Positions 38,513 through 49,130 are shown, counted from the first letter of the stretch. The stretch: 64,000 bases of DNA from Candidatus Hydrogenedentota bacterium (GCA_963678445.1 OY782877.1:1685778-1749777), one strand, 5' to 3'. Notes: a model not told the origin generated them from the sequence alone. A program made the numbers and translations.

Positions 38513-41500
38513 AAATCCTTGAACTTCGACTCAAAAATCTTAATTCGCTCTATGGGGAATGGTGCATCGACTTTTCGAATCCGGAATATGTTTCGAATGG
38601 TATTTTTGCATTGACTGGACCGACGGGGGCGGGTAAGTCGACTATTCTGGATGCTATTTGTCTGGCCTTGTATGGGGCAACTCCGCGCCTTGGCAGGATT
38701 ACGAAGAGTAGTAATGAACTCATGTCGCGTCAGACGGGTGAGTGCTATGCGGAGGTGGTGTTTAAATCGCAGGCGGGCCGCTTTCGTTGTCACTGGGAGC
38801 AGCGCCGTGCGCGAAAGAAGGCGGAGGGGAAGTTGCAGGATCAGGAGCATCAGATTGCGGATGCTGATACTGGCAAACCTATTGAAACTAAAAAGAGTCT
38901 GGTGCTCAAGGTTATTGAAGAGAAAACGGGAATGGACTTTGACCGTTTTACGCGATCGATTCTCTTGGCGCAAGGGGGCTTTGATACTTTCCTGAAGGCG
39001 GATGTGGAGGAAAAGTCGACTATCCTGGAACAAATCACCGGCACGGAGATTTATTCGGAGATATCCCGGCGTGTGCATGTGCGTCGGCAGGATGAGCGCA
39101 ATAAGCTGGAGCTGCTTCAGGCTGAAATCACGGGTATCGCGATTCTGGAGCCGGAGCAGGAAAGGGAAATCCAGCAGGATCTTGGGGCCAAGTTGGGTGA
39201 GGAAAGGGCGCTTGCGGACAAATGCACGGAAACGGGCAAGTGTATCGCATGGCTTGCTATTGTTGATGGACTCAAAAAGGAAATCCTGGATCTTAGTAAG
39301 GAAGCAGCTGGACTGCAGGAACGTACTGACGCTTTTAAGCCGGAGCAGGAGAAACTTGAACAGGCCATGCAGGCCGCTTCTATGGATGGCGAGTATGCAG
39401 CGCTTACAGCCCTACGCAGGCAGCAGGCGGACGATCAGGAAGCGTTGAAAGGGGGGGAGGCGGCCCTCCCTGAGTTGGAGTCTTCTGCAATTACCCAGGC
39501 GGAAGCGCTCAGAATGGCGGAACAGCACACGCTCAACGCCAAAGAAGCACTACAAGCAGCAGCGCCGCTTATCCGAAAGATTCGATCGCTCGACGAAAAA
39601 CTTGCTGCGGGGAAAAAGGCAATTTTGGAAGGCGACGAGTATTGTGCGCGGGGAGCGGCAAAGATTGATGAGGATAAGCAGGCTTGGCTGAAGGAACAGA
39701 AAAAGCGCACTGAGGCGAAGGAATCGCTTCGGGGGGTTGAGGACTGTCTCGATAAACATGCGCAGGATGAATGGCTGATCGGTGGTCTGGCCGGGGTTGA
39801 GGAACAGTTCGGTAATCTGCTTTCCAAACAGCGGGAAATCGCTCAGAAAGAGAACGCTCTAAGGGATGCCGATATCGCGTTGGTACAGGCGACAGAGAAA
39901 CTCAAAGTCACTACAAAACGGTGCAACATCTGCGAGCAGGAACTCAACGATGCGACGAAAAAGCTCCAGCAGGGTAAGGATGCATTGCTCGAAGTGCTGG
40001 GAGACCGGTTATTGCGAGAATACCGCGCGGAAAAGGAATCACTGCTTCGTGAACGGGCATACATCAGAAAAATTGAAGCGCTTGAGGAACACCGTGCCCA
40101 GCTGGAAGATGGCAAGCCGTGCCCGCTCTGTGGTTCAACCGAGCATCCGTTTGCAGAGGGAAATGTACCGGTGCCTGATGAAATTGAGCAGAAGATTTCT
40201 TCCCTCGACAAACTGATCTCCAAAGCGGAAGAGCTGGAAGCTGTCGTCAAAAAACTGGAACAGGAAGAAACTTCTGCTCGCAACTATCTGAATGACAGCG
40301 AGAAGCTGCAAAGCAATGTCGCTAATGATAAGAAAGTTGCTGAAAAGACCTTGGCGGAATTAGGGGAAGAGCTGGCGAAACTCCGAAGTCATTTTGAGGA
40401 ATTAAAACGGGCAGTATCCGGGAAGCTACAGCCACTTGGCATTGCAAAAATACCGGATGACGATGTTTCTTCTCTGCTTGCGTCACTCAAGGCGCGTCTG
40501 AATGCATGGCAGGAGCAGGTTCGAAAAAAGACGGAAATCGAAAAACAGATTGCAAGCATCGATAGCGAAATCAAACGACTGGATGCGATCATTGAGACGC
40601 AAAGCACCGCCTTGACTGAAAAGCAAGAGGCATTGGATGGGCTCAAAAAAGAACACGCTACAGACCTTGACAAGCGCAGGAATTTGTATGAGGACAAAAA
40701 GCCGGACGAGGAAGAAATCCGTCTGAACAAAGCTATTGCTGATGCTGAAAATGTCGAGAAGACGGCCAGAAGCCGGAACGTTGAATTGCAGCAGAAACTG
40801 ACGTCTTCACGAACGCATGTGGAATCTCTGAGGATGCGTATTGAGCAAAGAGCGCCTGAATTGAGAAAGGAGGAGTGCGATTTTGCAGCAGCACTTGAAC
40901 CGGTTGGCTTTGCTGATGAGGGTCGGTTTCTTGAGGCGCGCCTGACGCATCAGGAACGGGAAGCGTTGTCTGCCCGAGCAAAGGAGCTGGAACATGCGCA
41001 AACAGTGCTCAGGGCCAAACAGCATGATCGGGAAGCGCGTTTATCCGTAGAAATTGCGAAAGAGGTTACGGACAAAACGCTTGAGACGTTGGAGCCGCAA
41101 CTCAGGGAGTATGAGGATTCTCTGAAACAACTGCGAGAGACCATCGCTGCGCTTAAACACCGGCTAGAGGAGAATGCAACGTCAAGGGAGCGAATAAAGG
41201 AGAAGGAGGCCACCATAGAAGCGCAGAGAGAAGAGAGCCGTCGGTGGGACAATCTGCATACGCTGATCGGTTCTGCGGATGGAAAGAAGTATCGCAACTT
41301 TGCACAGGGGTTGACGTTTGATTTAATGGTGTCGCATGCGAACCGTCAGTTGGAAAAAATGAGTGACCGATACCTTCTCATCCGGGACCATGAAAATCCC
41401 CTGGAGTTGAATGTGGTCGACAATTATCAAGCGGGAGAAATCCGCTCGACTAAGAATCTGTCTGGTGGGGAAAGCTTTATTGTCAGCCTCACGCTTGCGC

Positions 41501-41754
41501 TGGGACTTTCCAAGATGGCCAGCCGCAAAGTACGTGTGGATTCGTTGTTTCTGGACGAAGGTTTTGGCACTCTGGATGAGGAAGCGCTGGAAACGGCGTT
41601 GGAAACCTTGTCGGGACTGCAACAGGACGGCAAGCTGATTGGTATTATTTCGCACATCGCTGCGCTGCGGGAACGGATCAGCACACAAATCCGTGTGGAA
41701 CCTGCATCGGAGGGGAAAAGCCTGTTGTCGGGGCCGGGATGTTGTAAGAAGTAG
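38509..41754 (+). CDS. sbcC: Exonuclease SbcC (Rad50/SMC-like ATPase)
   Basis: Walker A GPTGAGKST, long coiled coil, zinc-hook CPLCGS, ABC signature LSGGESFIVSLTLAL, Walker B/D-loop LFLDEGFGTLD. Confidence 0.9.
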   Translation: MKILELRLKNLNSLYGEWCIDFSNPEYVSNGIFALTGPTGAGKSTILDAICLALYGATPRLGRITKSSNELMSRQTGECYAEVVFKSQAGRFRCHWEQRRARKKAEGKLQDQEHQIADADTGKPIETKKSLVLKVIEEKTGMDFDRFTRSILLAQGGFDTFLKADVEEKSTILEQITGTEIYSEISRRVHVRRQDERNKLELLQAEITGIAILEPEQEREIQQDLGAKLGEERALADKCTETGKCIAWLAIVDGLKKEILDLSKEAAGLQERTDAFKPEQEKLEQAMQAASMDGEYAALTALRRQQADDQEALKGGEAALPELESSAITQAEALRMAEQHTLNAKEALQAAAPLIRKIRSLDEKLAAGKKAILEGDEYCARGAAKIDEDKQAWLKEQKKRTEAKESLRGVEDCLDKHAQDEWLIGGLAGVEEQFGNLLSKQREIAQKENALRDADIALVQATEKLKVTTKRCNICEQELNDATKKLQQGKDALLEVLGDRLLREYRAEKESLLRERAYIRKIEALEEHRAQLEDGKPCPLCGSTEHPFAEGNVPVPDEIEQKISSLDKLISKAEELEAVVKKLEQEETSARNYLNDSEKLQSNVANDKKVAEKTLAELGEELAKLRSHFEELKRAVSGKLQPLGIAKIPDDDVSSLLASLKARLNAWQEQVRKKTEIEKQIASIDSEIKRLDAIIETQSTALTEKQEALDGLKKEHATDLDKRRNLYEDKKPDEEEIRLNKAIADAENVEKTARSRNVELQQKLTSSRTHVESLRMRIEQRAPELRKEECDFAAALEPVGFADEGRFLEARLTHQEREALSARAKELEHAQTVLRAKQHDREARLSVEIAKEVTDKTLETLEPQLREYEDSLKQLRETIAALKHRLEENATSRERIKEKEATIEAQREESRRWDNLHTLIGSADGKKYRNFAQGLTFDLMVSHANRQLEKMSDRYLLIRDHENPLELNVVDNYQAGEIRSTKNLSGGESFIVSLTLALGLSKMASRKVRVDSLFLDEGFGTLDEEALETALETLSGLQQDGKLIGIISHIAALRERISTQIRVEPASEGKSLLSGPGCCKK

Positions 41755-41785
41755 CCCTGCAGGGCTTCTGGAGCGGACCGCTGCT

Positions 41786-43954
41786 CTAAAATTCTTCGAG
41801 CAGACTGTCGTCGCTGACGTCCAGATCTTTGTAGTCGTCGTAGAGCCATTTTTCAGGGGGTTTGGTGCCAGCGATATAGGCTTCTTTGTAATCACCGCCC
41901 AAGGTACCCTTAAAACGATGAATGTCGTAGAAATCAACACCGTAGGGCACTTCAAAGTCGCGTACGGGTAAACCTTCGTGTGCAGCTTGCATAAATTCCA
42001 CCCATACGGGTGCGGCCAGGCGGCCCCCGGTGAAATTTCCTCCTTTACCCAGGGGACGGTTGTCGCGGTACCCGATCCACACGATGGTAGTGAATTCACG
42101 GGTAAAGCCACAGAACCACACGTTACGACTGGAGTTGGTGGTGCCGGTTTTGCCGCCGCAGGGACGTTTTAGAACGTGGGTGCGCCAGCCGGTGGGATAG
42201 TAGCCGGTGGGATATTCCGGTGTGCGCATGGTGAAATCTGGTGTGCAGACGCCTTGCAACATGTGTGTGACAACGTAGGCCACTTTGGGATCGAGTGCCT
42301 GCTCTTTGCCCTGGTAGACTTTGTAGTTGTACCGCGGCAAGCCGTCGCGGTTGAAGATGTCCGCTACCATCACGGGGCTGTAGCGCACGCCGCCGTTGGG
42401 AAAACAGGAGTAGGCCACGCAGTGATCGAGGACGGTGACCTCTTGTGTGCCCAAAGCGATGGTAAGGCCTGTTACATCGGCTGGCAACCCGCATCGTTCG
42501 AAGTAGGAACGCACCAGGGGCGGTCCTAACATCTCGGCCAGTTTGATGGCGACAATGTTGACGGATTTTTCCAGTGCGTGGCGAATGGTCATGGGGCCAT
42601 GAAATTTACCATCGAAATTTTTGGGACGCCATGGCTGGCCGTTGGGAGCGATGCGCTCAAAGGGCTCATCGAAGATTACGGTCGATGGGGTCAGGCCGTT
42701 GTCCACTGCCGCCGTCCATACGAATGGCTTCACACTGGAACCGGGTTGGCGTTTGGCCTGGGTCGCTGTATTATATTTTTCATTTTGAAAATCACGTCCA
42801 CCTACCAAGGCGCGCACAAATCCTTTATACGGATCACGGTTGTCTATACAGACCAAGGCGCCGGATACTGGAATAAATTCATCTTCACGATGATTGCGTT
42901 CCAGATACGCCTTTTTTTTCTCGTCAAATTCGTCCAGGGCTTTTAACAGGGCCTGTTCTGCGTAGGTTTGTAATTGCAAATCCAGGGTTGTTCGGATTTC
43001 CAGGCCGTTTTCAAAGACTTCGCTCTTCCCATATTGTTGCATCAGGAATTGGCGAATCTCCTCGACGAAATAGGGGGCTTTGAACGCACGCAGATCTTCG
43101 GGGGCTTTTCCTTCTTCGCGCAAGGCCTGACGTTCTTCAGGGGTAACTACTGCCGCATCCAAGTCTTCTTGCAGCGCCGCTTCGTATTCCGCCTCGGTGA
43201 TGAAGCGGTTCTCCAGCATCTGCTGCAACACGATGTTGCGACGCGTCAGTGCGTTTTTCATGTAGTGGAAGGGTTCCTGGCGATTGGGGCGGCGTGTTAG
43301 TCCGGCCAGCATCGCAGCTTCGCCCAGGGTTACATCGCGGCAACTTTTTGCGAAGTATTGCTGTGCTGCTGCTTCTACGCCATGCGCGCTAATTCCCAGG
43401 AAAATCTGGTTGAGGTATAACTCGAGGATTTCGTCTTTGGTGAATTCGCGCTCTACCTGGAAGGCAACAAATGCCTCGCGGATTTTACGTTGTATCGTGC
43501 GTTCCTGGCCTACCTGCAGGGGTTCGATGTTGCGCACCACCTGCTGTGTAATGCCGCTTCCACCGCGTGTATGTCCCGTTCGCAGGGCATCCAGCGCTGC
43601 TTTGACGATCGCGTCAACACGCACCCCTTTGTGTTCAAAAAATTTATCGTCTTCCGTGGCAACAAAGGCTTTTTGCAGGTGTAATGGCATCTCGTTTAAC
43701 CGCACCAGCCGTCGTTGCTCGATGGTAAACTCGCCCAAAAGCTCGCCGTCCCAAGAGAAAACTTTGCTGCCCACTTTCGGACGGAAGTCTTCCAGCGCTT
43801 CAATGGTCGTTTTGGCGTCGTCCAGAATCCAGACGAAAACCCCCAAACCTGCGCCCCATAGGGAACCGATGATTAGGAATAAAAAGAAAAAAATACCGGC
43901 ACAGCCTCGCCGACGCGGTTTGGGCCGATCATATGGGTGTTGTACTTCTGTCAT
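41786..43954 (-). CDS. mrcA: Class A penicillin-binding protein (PBP1A; glycosyltransferase GT51 + transpeptidase)
   Basis: N-terminal TM, GT51 motifs (EDxxFxxHxG-like, RGGSGITQQ), transpeptidase SxxK (SSVKP), SxN and KTG (GKTGTT). Confidence 0.85.
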   Translation of the reverse strand: MTEVQHPYDRPKPRRRGCAGIFFFLFLIIGSLWGAGLGVFVWILDDAKTTIEALEDFRPKVGSKVFSWDGELLGEFTIEQRRLVRLNEMPLHLQKAFVATEDDKFFEHKGVRVDAIVKAALDALRTGHTRGGSGITQQVVRNIEPLQVGQERTIQRKIREAFVAFQVEREFTKDEILELYLNQIFLGISAHGVEAAAQQYFAKSCRDVTLGEAAMLAGLTRRPNRQEPFHYMKNALTRRNIVLQQMLENRFITEAEYEAALQEDLDAAVVTPEERQALREEGKAPEDLRAFKAPYFVEEIRQFLMQQYGKSEVFENGLEIRTTLDLQLQTYAEQALLKALDEFDEKKKAYLERNHREDEFIPVSGALVCIDNRDPYKGFVRALVGGRDFQNEKYNTATQAKRQPGSSVKPFVWTAAVDNGLTPSTVIFDEPFERIAPNGQPWRPKNFDGKFHGPMTIRHALEKSVNIVAIKLAEMLGPPLVRSYFERCGLPADVTGLTIALGTQEVTVLDHCVAYSCFPNGGVRYSPVMVADIFNRDGLPRYNYKVYQGKEQALDPKVAYVVTHMLQGVCTPDFTMRTPEYPTGYYPTGWRTHVLKRPCGGKTGTTNSSRNVWFCGFTREFTTIVWIGYRDNRPLGKGGNFTGGRLAAPVWVEFMQAAHEGLPVRDFEVPYGVDFYDIHRFKGTLGGDYKEAYIAGTKPPEKWLYDDYKDLDVSDDSLLEEF

Positions 43955-44100
43955 GGTGCAAGCTTATCACGCAACGGAATTCCGCCGCAATGCGGTTAGG
44001 GGCTTTCTTCGCCCTGTTTTTGGGCAACCCGCTGCTGGGTTGGTTCTTTTTGGCGAATGTTGGTGGAAGGAAACAAGTCTTTTTGGTTTTCTAGTGGAAT

Positions 44101-44514
44101 CTATTCCTCGGCGCAGGGCAAAGTTTCCTGTTTGAGCCCCGTAGCGCTTCGCAGGGGCATCTTCCATAGGGCATGGCATAGGAATATTTGGGTCAGTAGG
44201 GCGCCAGCGCTGTTGGCGATAATGTCGAAAAAATCGAAGGAACGCCAGGGTAGGAATAACTGATAGAACTCTTCGGCGATGCCGTAGCCAATACTGAAGC
44301 AGAGGGGAATATAGAATAGTTTGCGCGCATCCACTGTGTTGTTGGAACGACGCATCCCTACGCAGACTACACCGGCAAGCGCCGCGTACATGCTCATGTG
44401 CACCAGCTTGTCGATGGGAATGACGGGTTTGGGGCGCGGGGTTACCTGAAGCGAGGATAACCAGAAGATAACACCGCAGCAAAGTATGGTAAGGAGGTAA
44501 TACCGTAATTTCAC
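44101..44514 (-). CDS. VanZ-like family membrane protein
   Basis: About 4 TM helices; DKLVHMSMYAALAG and RSFDFFDIIANSAGALL resemble VanZ blocks; GTG start chosen downstream of the leader-like element; start uncertain (ORF table gives 44577). Confidence 0.45.
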   Translation of the reverse strand: MKLRYYLLTILCCGVIFWLSSLQVTPRPKPVIPIDKLVHMSMYAALAGVVCVGMRRSNNTVDARKLFYIPLCFSIGYGIAEEFYQLFLPWRSFDFFDIIANSAGALLTQIFLCHALWKMPLRSATGLKQETLPCAEE

Positions 44515-44582
44515 AGAGCATGTTCCTTTTAAAAGCTGTTTTAACAATTTTAGTACGGCACAGTTGCATCGGCACATATTGC

Positions 44583-44640
44583 CGGTACATTGGTCGTAGC
44601 AAAACTCCGTTTTTTTATAATAGCTTTTGAAGCGTCAGTC
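44583..44640 (-). promoter_or_regulatory. Copy D (5' promoter half only) of the repeated element, upstream of the VanZ-like gene
   Basis: The reverse complement reads gtgactgacgcttcaaaagctattataaaaaaacggagttttgctacgacc; compare copy C gtgactgacacttcaaaagctatcataaaaaacgaaattttactgcggtc. Confidence 0.5.
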
Positions 44641-45999
44641 ACTACTGTAGTTCACCACCTCGCCAAATGAATTGCGTTCTACACGCCAGGTGTGACCGGC
44701 AAGGGTAATGCCGCGCAGGGGTGCACCCTGATTTTCTGCTGCTGTGTCGCGCACAAGGCTGGCTCGCTGCACACGTACAAGCCCATTGTTGGCTATCGAC
44801 AAAACCGGCGTGGTTACGTCGCCGTCAGAAAGCATATCGGCCAGTAGCAGCAACGTATCGAGTACAGCGCCGCCTTGCGTGGAAAAGCGTTGCGCCCCGA
44901 CCTCGAAGGCTTTTGGCGTGTTGAGCGCCCAGAGTACGCCGGTCAGGGGTAGCAGGGAATCGGGCTGTTGAAGGTAATGGCTTGGCGGCACGAAGGGACG
45001 TGCATAGCAGCCCGGATTTTCGCCTGCAGCTTGCAAGATGGCGTTGCGTTGCGCTGCCAGCTGTGGCCGTTTGGTAAATTGGGTTTGCTGCACTTCATAT
45101 AATAACGCCTCGACTGCGTGCAAGGTGAATGAGGGCGCGCTTTGCGGGCCGACACTTGGGAAAAAGGCCTCTGGATCTGACATGAGGGACATCGGTTCGA
45201 TGGGTAAATGCAGCACCGCACCCGGATGACGCAGACCCAGTTCGTCGTTCTCGGCCCCTACGCTTTCGGGAAACAGGACCAGTCGCACGTCGTGCAGTCC
45301 TGCAGGAAGCGCTTGGAAAAGGCTGCGCAAACTGGCCCAATGGGTGCTTGTTAACGCGCCATTATCGAAGGCAAATACGTAGGTCTCGGAAAAAAAACGG
45401 TATACTTCGTTAGGCATCTGAAGCCATCCGTTTAGTTTTTCCGCTGGGATAAAACGCGCGAGGGTGAGGCAGGTCTGCATGGCGGCACGGGCCTCTGGCA
45501 ACATGGGTTCCTGATCGGGTGGTGCAGATAGCCATCGTGTCAACGGAAGCGGTTCTTTCGCAAGAGTGGCCAGGCCTTCCCGAAGGGCGGTATCTGCCGA
45601 GGCAAACCCGGAGCGTTGTTGTTCCAGCCACGCAAGCAGCATGTCCACCGAGGGAATATGCGGTGTCTCTTGCATGAATGCTGCCTGCAAACCTGCGGCT
45701 ACATAGGCTGCGGTGGCGCGCCATACTGGTTGTGCGTCGTCCCCTGCCGTTTGAGCCTGGGTGGCGAGAAAACGCAGTATTCCTTCACTGGGGGGCTCGT
45801 TTTCAAACAACACAGCAAAGCAGTCCCGCCAATCCACGGCAGTATGCGAGGCGTCTTTTAGCTGGCGCGTTAAAAATGCCATTGACGCGGCGTCTTGCTT
45901 CTGAAACGCCTCCAGCACCCGTCCTTGATCGTAGGTGCTCCACGATGCAGCAGCAACGCTACACCCTATCAGTGCTATCGCACACAGCCCGTACCGCAT
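44635..45999 (-). CDS. Hypothetical secreted protein (454 aa); no recognisable family
   Basis: Signal peptide MRYGLCAIALIGCSVAAASW; same strand as and upstream of the VanZ-like and PBP1A genes. Confidence 0.45.
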   Translation of the reverse strand: MRYGLCAIALIGCSVAAASWSTYDQGRVLEAFQKQDAASMAFLTRQLKDASHTAVDWRDCFAVLFENEPPSEGILRFLATQAQTAGDDAQPVWRATAAYVAAGLQAAFMQETPHIPSVDMLLAWLEQQRSGFASADTALREGLATLAKEPLPLTRWLSAPPDQEPMLPEARAAMQTCLTLARFIPAEKLNGWLQMPNEVYRFFSETYVFAFDNGALTSTHWASLRSLFQALPAGLHDVRLVLFPESVGAENDELGLRHPGAVLHLPIEPMSLMSDPEAFFPSVGPQSAPSFTLHAVEALLYEVQQTQFTKRPQLAAQRNAILQAAGENPGCYARPFVPPSHYLQQPDSLLPLTGVLWALNTPKAFEVGAQRFSTQGGAVLDTLLLLADMLSDGDVTTPVLSIANNGLVRVQRASLVRDTAAENQGAPLRGITLAGHTWRVERNSFGEVVNYSSD

Positions 46000-46195
46000 A
46001 GATTCCCCTTTTCCGTTGCAATGTCTAGTGTTGTATATACGAACAGCGTTTATTATACCTCCCTTCTAAGGTCAACGCCATACGGTCGGAACGGTAGTCT
46101 ATAACGCTGGTCGCTAGAACGGCGTCTGACATTTTCTTGCCTTTGAAAGGGGAAGGCAATACAATGATAGTGCTGCGAAAAGATAAGGGGGACTC

Positions 46196-46588
46196 ATGAC
46201 AAAACTTTCCTTTTCCGTCCGATTGCTACTCTATGAGGGTGTAGGCTTTTTCTTGCTCATCCTGTTTATCTGGATGGATGAATTACTGGATTTACCGCAG
46301 TATTTTTTTGGTGCGCCTAATACGCCTATCAATTTTTTGGAGAGCGCTATTGAAACGACTGTAGCCCTCTTGCTGGCGACCTTGGTACTGGTACTGACCT
46401 GGCGGCTTTGTCACAAAATACGGTATTTGGAGGGTTTCCTGCATGTATGCAGTTTCTGCAAGCGTATTCGGGTCGATGACAAATGGATCCCGCTGGAAAC
46501 CTATCTACATCAAAATTCTGCCGCTGAAATGTCGCATGGGATCTGCCCTGATTGTGCTCAACAGCATTATGGCGACCTCTTAAAATAA
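46196..46588 (+). CDS. Two-TM membrane protein with a C-terminal Cys4 zinc-ribbon-like domain (CSFCKRIRVDDKWIPLE...SHGICPDC)
   Basis: Two N-terminal hydrophobic helices; CxxC...HG-CPxC spacing read from translation; this module resembles an uncharacterised C-terminal domain I recall appended to some bacterial signalling proteins (recollection, not verified). Confidence 0.5.
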   Translation: MTKLSFSVRLLLYEGVGFFLLILFIWMDELLDLPQYFFGAPNTPINFLESAIETTVALLLATLVLVLTWRLCHKIRYLEGFLHVCSFCKRIRVDDKWIPLETYLHQNSAAEMSHGICPDCAQQHYGDLLK

Positions 46589-46742
46589 TTGGCGTCATAC
46601 TGAAACGAATAGCACAGCTTTATCTTGTAATGCCAACCTACTGCCACGTATGCTGTTTCCTGTGAAAAACGTGTTTATATGACGATAAATGCGGTGTAAT
46701 CGCAAAAAACCGTATTGTGGTGCGCCAAACAGGAGAAGAGGT

Positions 46743-47735
46743 ATGAAACGATCTATTTCAATGCTGATGTGCACATTTTTTGTGCTTTGCTGCATTGCAA
46801 CCACCGAAACAGCAAAAAACGTCGAGGAAAACACTCCTTCCGCTCCCAATTATGCTGCGGACGTCAGTTGGGTCGTCAAAGCAACGGCCCTGGACAAGAC
46901 TGTCGATGTTTTCTACGTATACCCTACCATTTACTCTGCCGAAAGCCCTAGAAATATGAACATACATGAGAAGGCGCTTCGGGCAAGCACCCAGCATCTC
47001 ATGGTGACCCAAGCAGGAGCATACAGCGAAACGGCCAATCTTTTCGCGCCTTTTTATCGCCAGATGACAATAGCTGAGCTAGATCCTGAAACCGACATGT
47101 TCCAGAATCCATACTTCAAAATAGGTGCAGAAGACGTAGAGCGCGCTTTTGATTACTATCTGGAAAAGCTTAATCCGGATCGCCCCTTTATCCTGGCCGG
47201 ACATAGCCAAGGCGCAATGGTGTTAATCCATCTTATGCGTAAGCACTTCAATGACCCTGCATTGCAAAAACGCTTGATAGCCGCCTATTTAATCGGCTAC
47301 TCCGTAACGCATGACGACTTGGAAAAATATCCCTGGATAAAATTGGCGCAAGGCGCCGACGACACGGGCGTGGTGATCACCTATAACACACAAAGCCCCG
47401 AAGCAACAGGCTCTCCTGTGCTCACACCGGGCGCCGTATGTATCAATCCTTTGAGTTGGACCACCACCGAGGAAGCTGCGGACAAATCCCTAAACTTGGG
47501 CGCTGTCTTTTTTAATGAAAAAACCAGCGCTATTGAACGAGAAATCCCGCAGTATATCGGCGCACAAATCGATCTGAAAAAAGGGGCATTGATTGTGACC
47601 CCACCCGAAGCTCTGGAATTGGGTCATTTCCCCGAAGGGGTCTATCACCGATTCGACTACTCGTTTTTCTATCGCAATTTGCAGCAAAACGCTGCGCAAC
47701 GCGTAAAAGCCTACCTGGAAAAAGCGGGTAAATAA
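46743..47735 (+). CDS. Secreted alpha/beta hydrolase (DUF3089-like), GHSQG nucleophile elbow
   Basis: Signal peptide MKRSISMLMCTFFVLCCIA; AGGAGAAGAGG RBS; ILAGHSQGAMV serine-hydrolase motif. Confidence 0.6.
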   Translation: MKRSISMLMCTFFVLCCIATTETAKNVEENTPSAPNYAADVSWVVKATALDKTVDVFYVYPTIYSAESPRNMNIHEKALRASTQHLMVTQAGAYSETANLFAPFYRQMTIAELDPETDMFQNPYFKIGAEDVERAFDYYLEKLNPDRPFILAGHSQGAMVLIHLMRKHFNDPALQKRLIAAYLIGYSVTHDDLEKYPWIKLAQGADDTGVVITYNTQSPEATGSPVLTPGAVCINPLSWTTTEEAADKSLNLGAVFFNEKTSAIEREIPQYIGAQIDLKKGALIVTPPEALELGHFPEGVYHRFDYSFFYRNLQQNAAQRVKAYLEKAGK

Positions 47736-47800
47736 CAACACATTGCAAAACACGTATGGGAAACTTTTTTTTACCGACAACAGGAAGGAAAGAATTAAAA

Positions 47801-49117
47801 ATGATCACCCTCTTACTGACCAGCAGTTTGCTGTGTGCACCTAACACGCCCTATGCCCCTACTTGGGAATCACTGGACTCGCGTCCAAATCCGGGGTGGT
47901 TTGAGGATGCCAAATTCGGTATTTTCATCCACTGGGGCGTCTATTCTGTTCCGGCTTGGTCCCCTAAGGACACCTATTCCGAATGGTATTGGGAACACAT
48001 GCAGAATAAACGAAAAGCGACCTGGAAGTTTCATAAAAAAACGTATGGCGCCGATTTTGAATATCAGGATTTTGCGCCTGACTTCAAAGCAGAGCTTTTT
48101 GACCCTGATCAATGGGCGGATATTTTTAAGCGCTCTGGTGCGAAGTATATCGTATTAACTTCCAAACATCATGAGGGCTATTGCCTGTGGCCCAGTCAGG
48201 AAAGTTGGAACTGGAACAGTGTTGATGTCGGACCGCATCGCGACTTGGCAGGGGATCTCACTAAATCGGTACGCGACGCAGGCCTGCGCATGGGATTCTA
48301 TTATTCGCTTTACGAATGGTTCCATCCCTGGTACAAGAATGATGTTGAACGCTACGTGACACAGCACATGATCCCGCAGATGAAGGATCTTGTGCAGCGC
48401 TATCAGCCCGATATCATCTGGCCCGACGGGGAATGGGAGCACGGGAGTGATGTGTGGCATAGCACCGAGTTCCTTGCGTGGCTCTTCAATGAATCGAAAG
48501 CGCCTAAAGACATTGTTGTCAATGATCGTTGGGGCAAGGAATGTCGTAATGTGCATGGTGGCTTTGCCACGCCGGAATATGGTCATCTGCCTAAGGGACG
48601 CCTGACGGATGCAGGGCTTTTTGAGGAATGTCAGGGCATGGGACGTTCTTTCGGTTATAACCGTAACGAGGATGTGGACTGCTACCGAAGCAGCACCGAG
48701 TTGCTGCACTTGCTTATCGACAATGTGAGTCGTGGCGGCAATCTTCTTCTCGACATTGGCCCTACCGCAGACGGACGTATCCCGGTCATCATGCAGCAAC
48801 GTCTCATCGATATGGGCGCCTGGCTTGAGGTAAACGGTGAAGCGATTTACGAGGCCGATGCCTGGCCAGAAGCGCCGAAGATGGATGCGGTGCGTTTCAC
48901 CCAGAAAGACGGCGCGGTATATGCCATCGCGCTGCAATGGCCGGGGGAAATGTTCAGTTTGAAGCTGCCCGAAACGTTCCAAAAGGCTACTCTTCTTGGT
49001 CAGGATGGCCCGCTTGAGCTTGAACAGAAAGGGGGGGAACTGCAGATACGCATGCCCTCTATTTCACCGGACAACACCAGCTGTCGTCACGCGTATGTTG
49101 TTAAGTTAGAGAAATAA
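47801..49117 (+). CDS. Alpha-L-fucosidase, glycoside hydrolase family 29
   Basis: FGIFIHWGVYSVPAW and the GH29 catalytic region (HHEGYCLWPS); signal peptide; AGGAAGGA RBS. Confidence 0.85.
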   Translation: MITLLLTSSLLCAPNTPYAPTWESLDSRPNPGWFEDAKFGIFIHWGVYSVPAWSPKDTYSEWYWEHMQNKRKATWKFHKKTYGADFEYQDFAPDFKAELFDPDQWADIFKRSGAKYIVLTSKHHEGYCLWPSQESWNWNSVDVGPHRDLAGDLTKSVRDAGLRMGFYYSLYEWFHPWYKNDVERYVTQHMIPQMKDLVQRYQPDIIWPDGEWEHGSDVWHSTEFLAWLFNESKAPKDIVVNDRWGKECRNVHGGFATPEYGHLPKGRLTDAGLFEECQGMGRSFGYNRNEDVDCYRSSTELLHLLIDNVSRGGNLLLDIGPTADGRIPVIMQQRLIDMGAWLEVNGEAIYEADAWPEAPKMDAVRFTQKDGAVYAIALQWPGEMFSLKLPETFQKATLLGQDGPLELEQKGGELQIRMPSISPDNTSCRHAYVVKLEK

Positions 49118-49130
49118 TCATCGATTGTAT

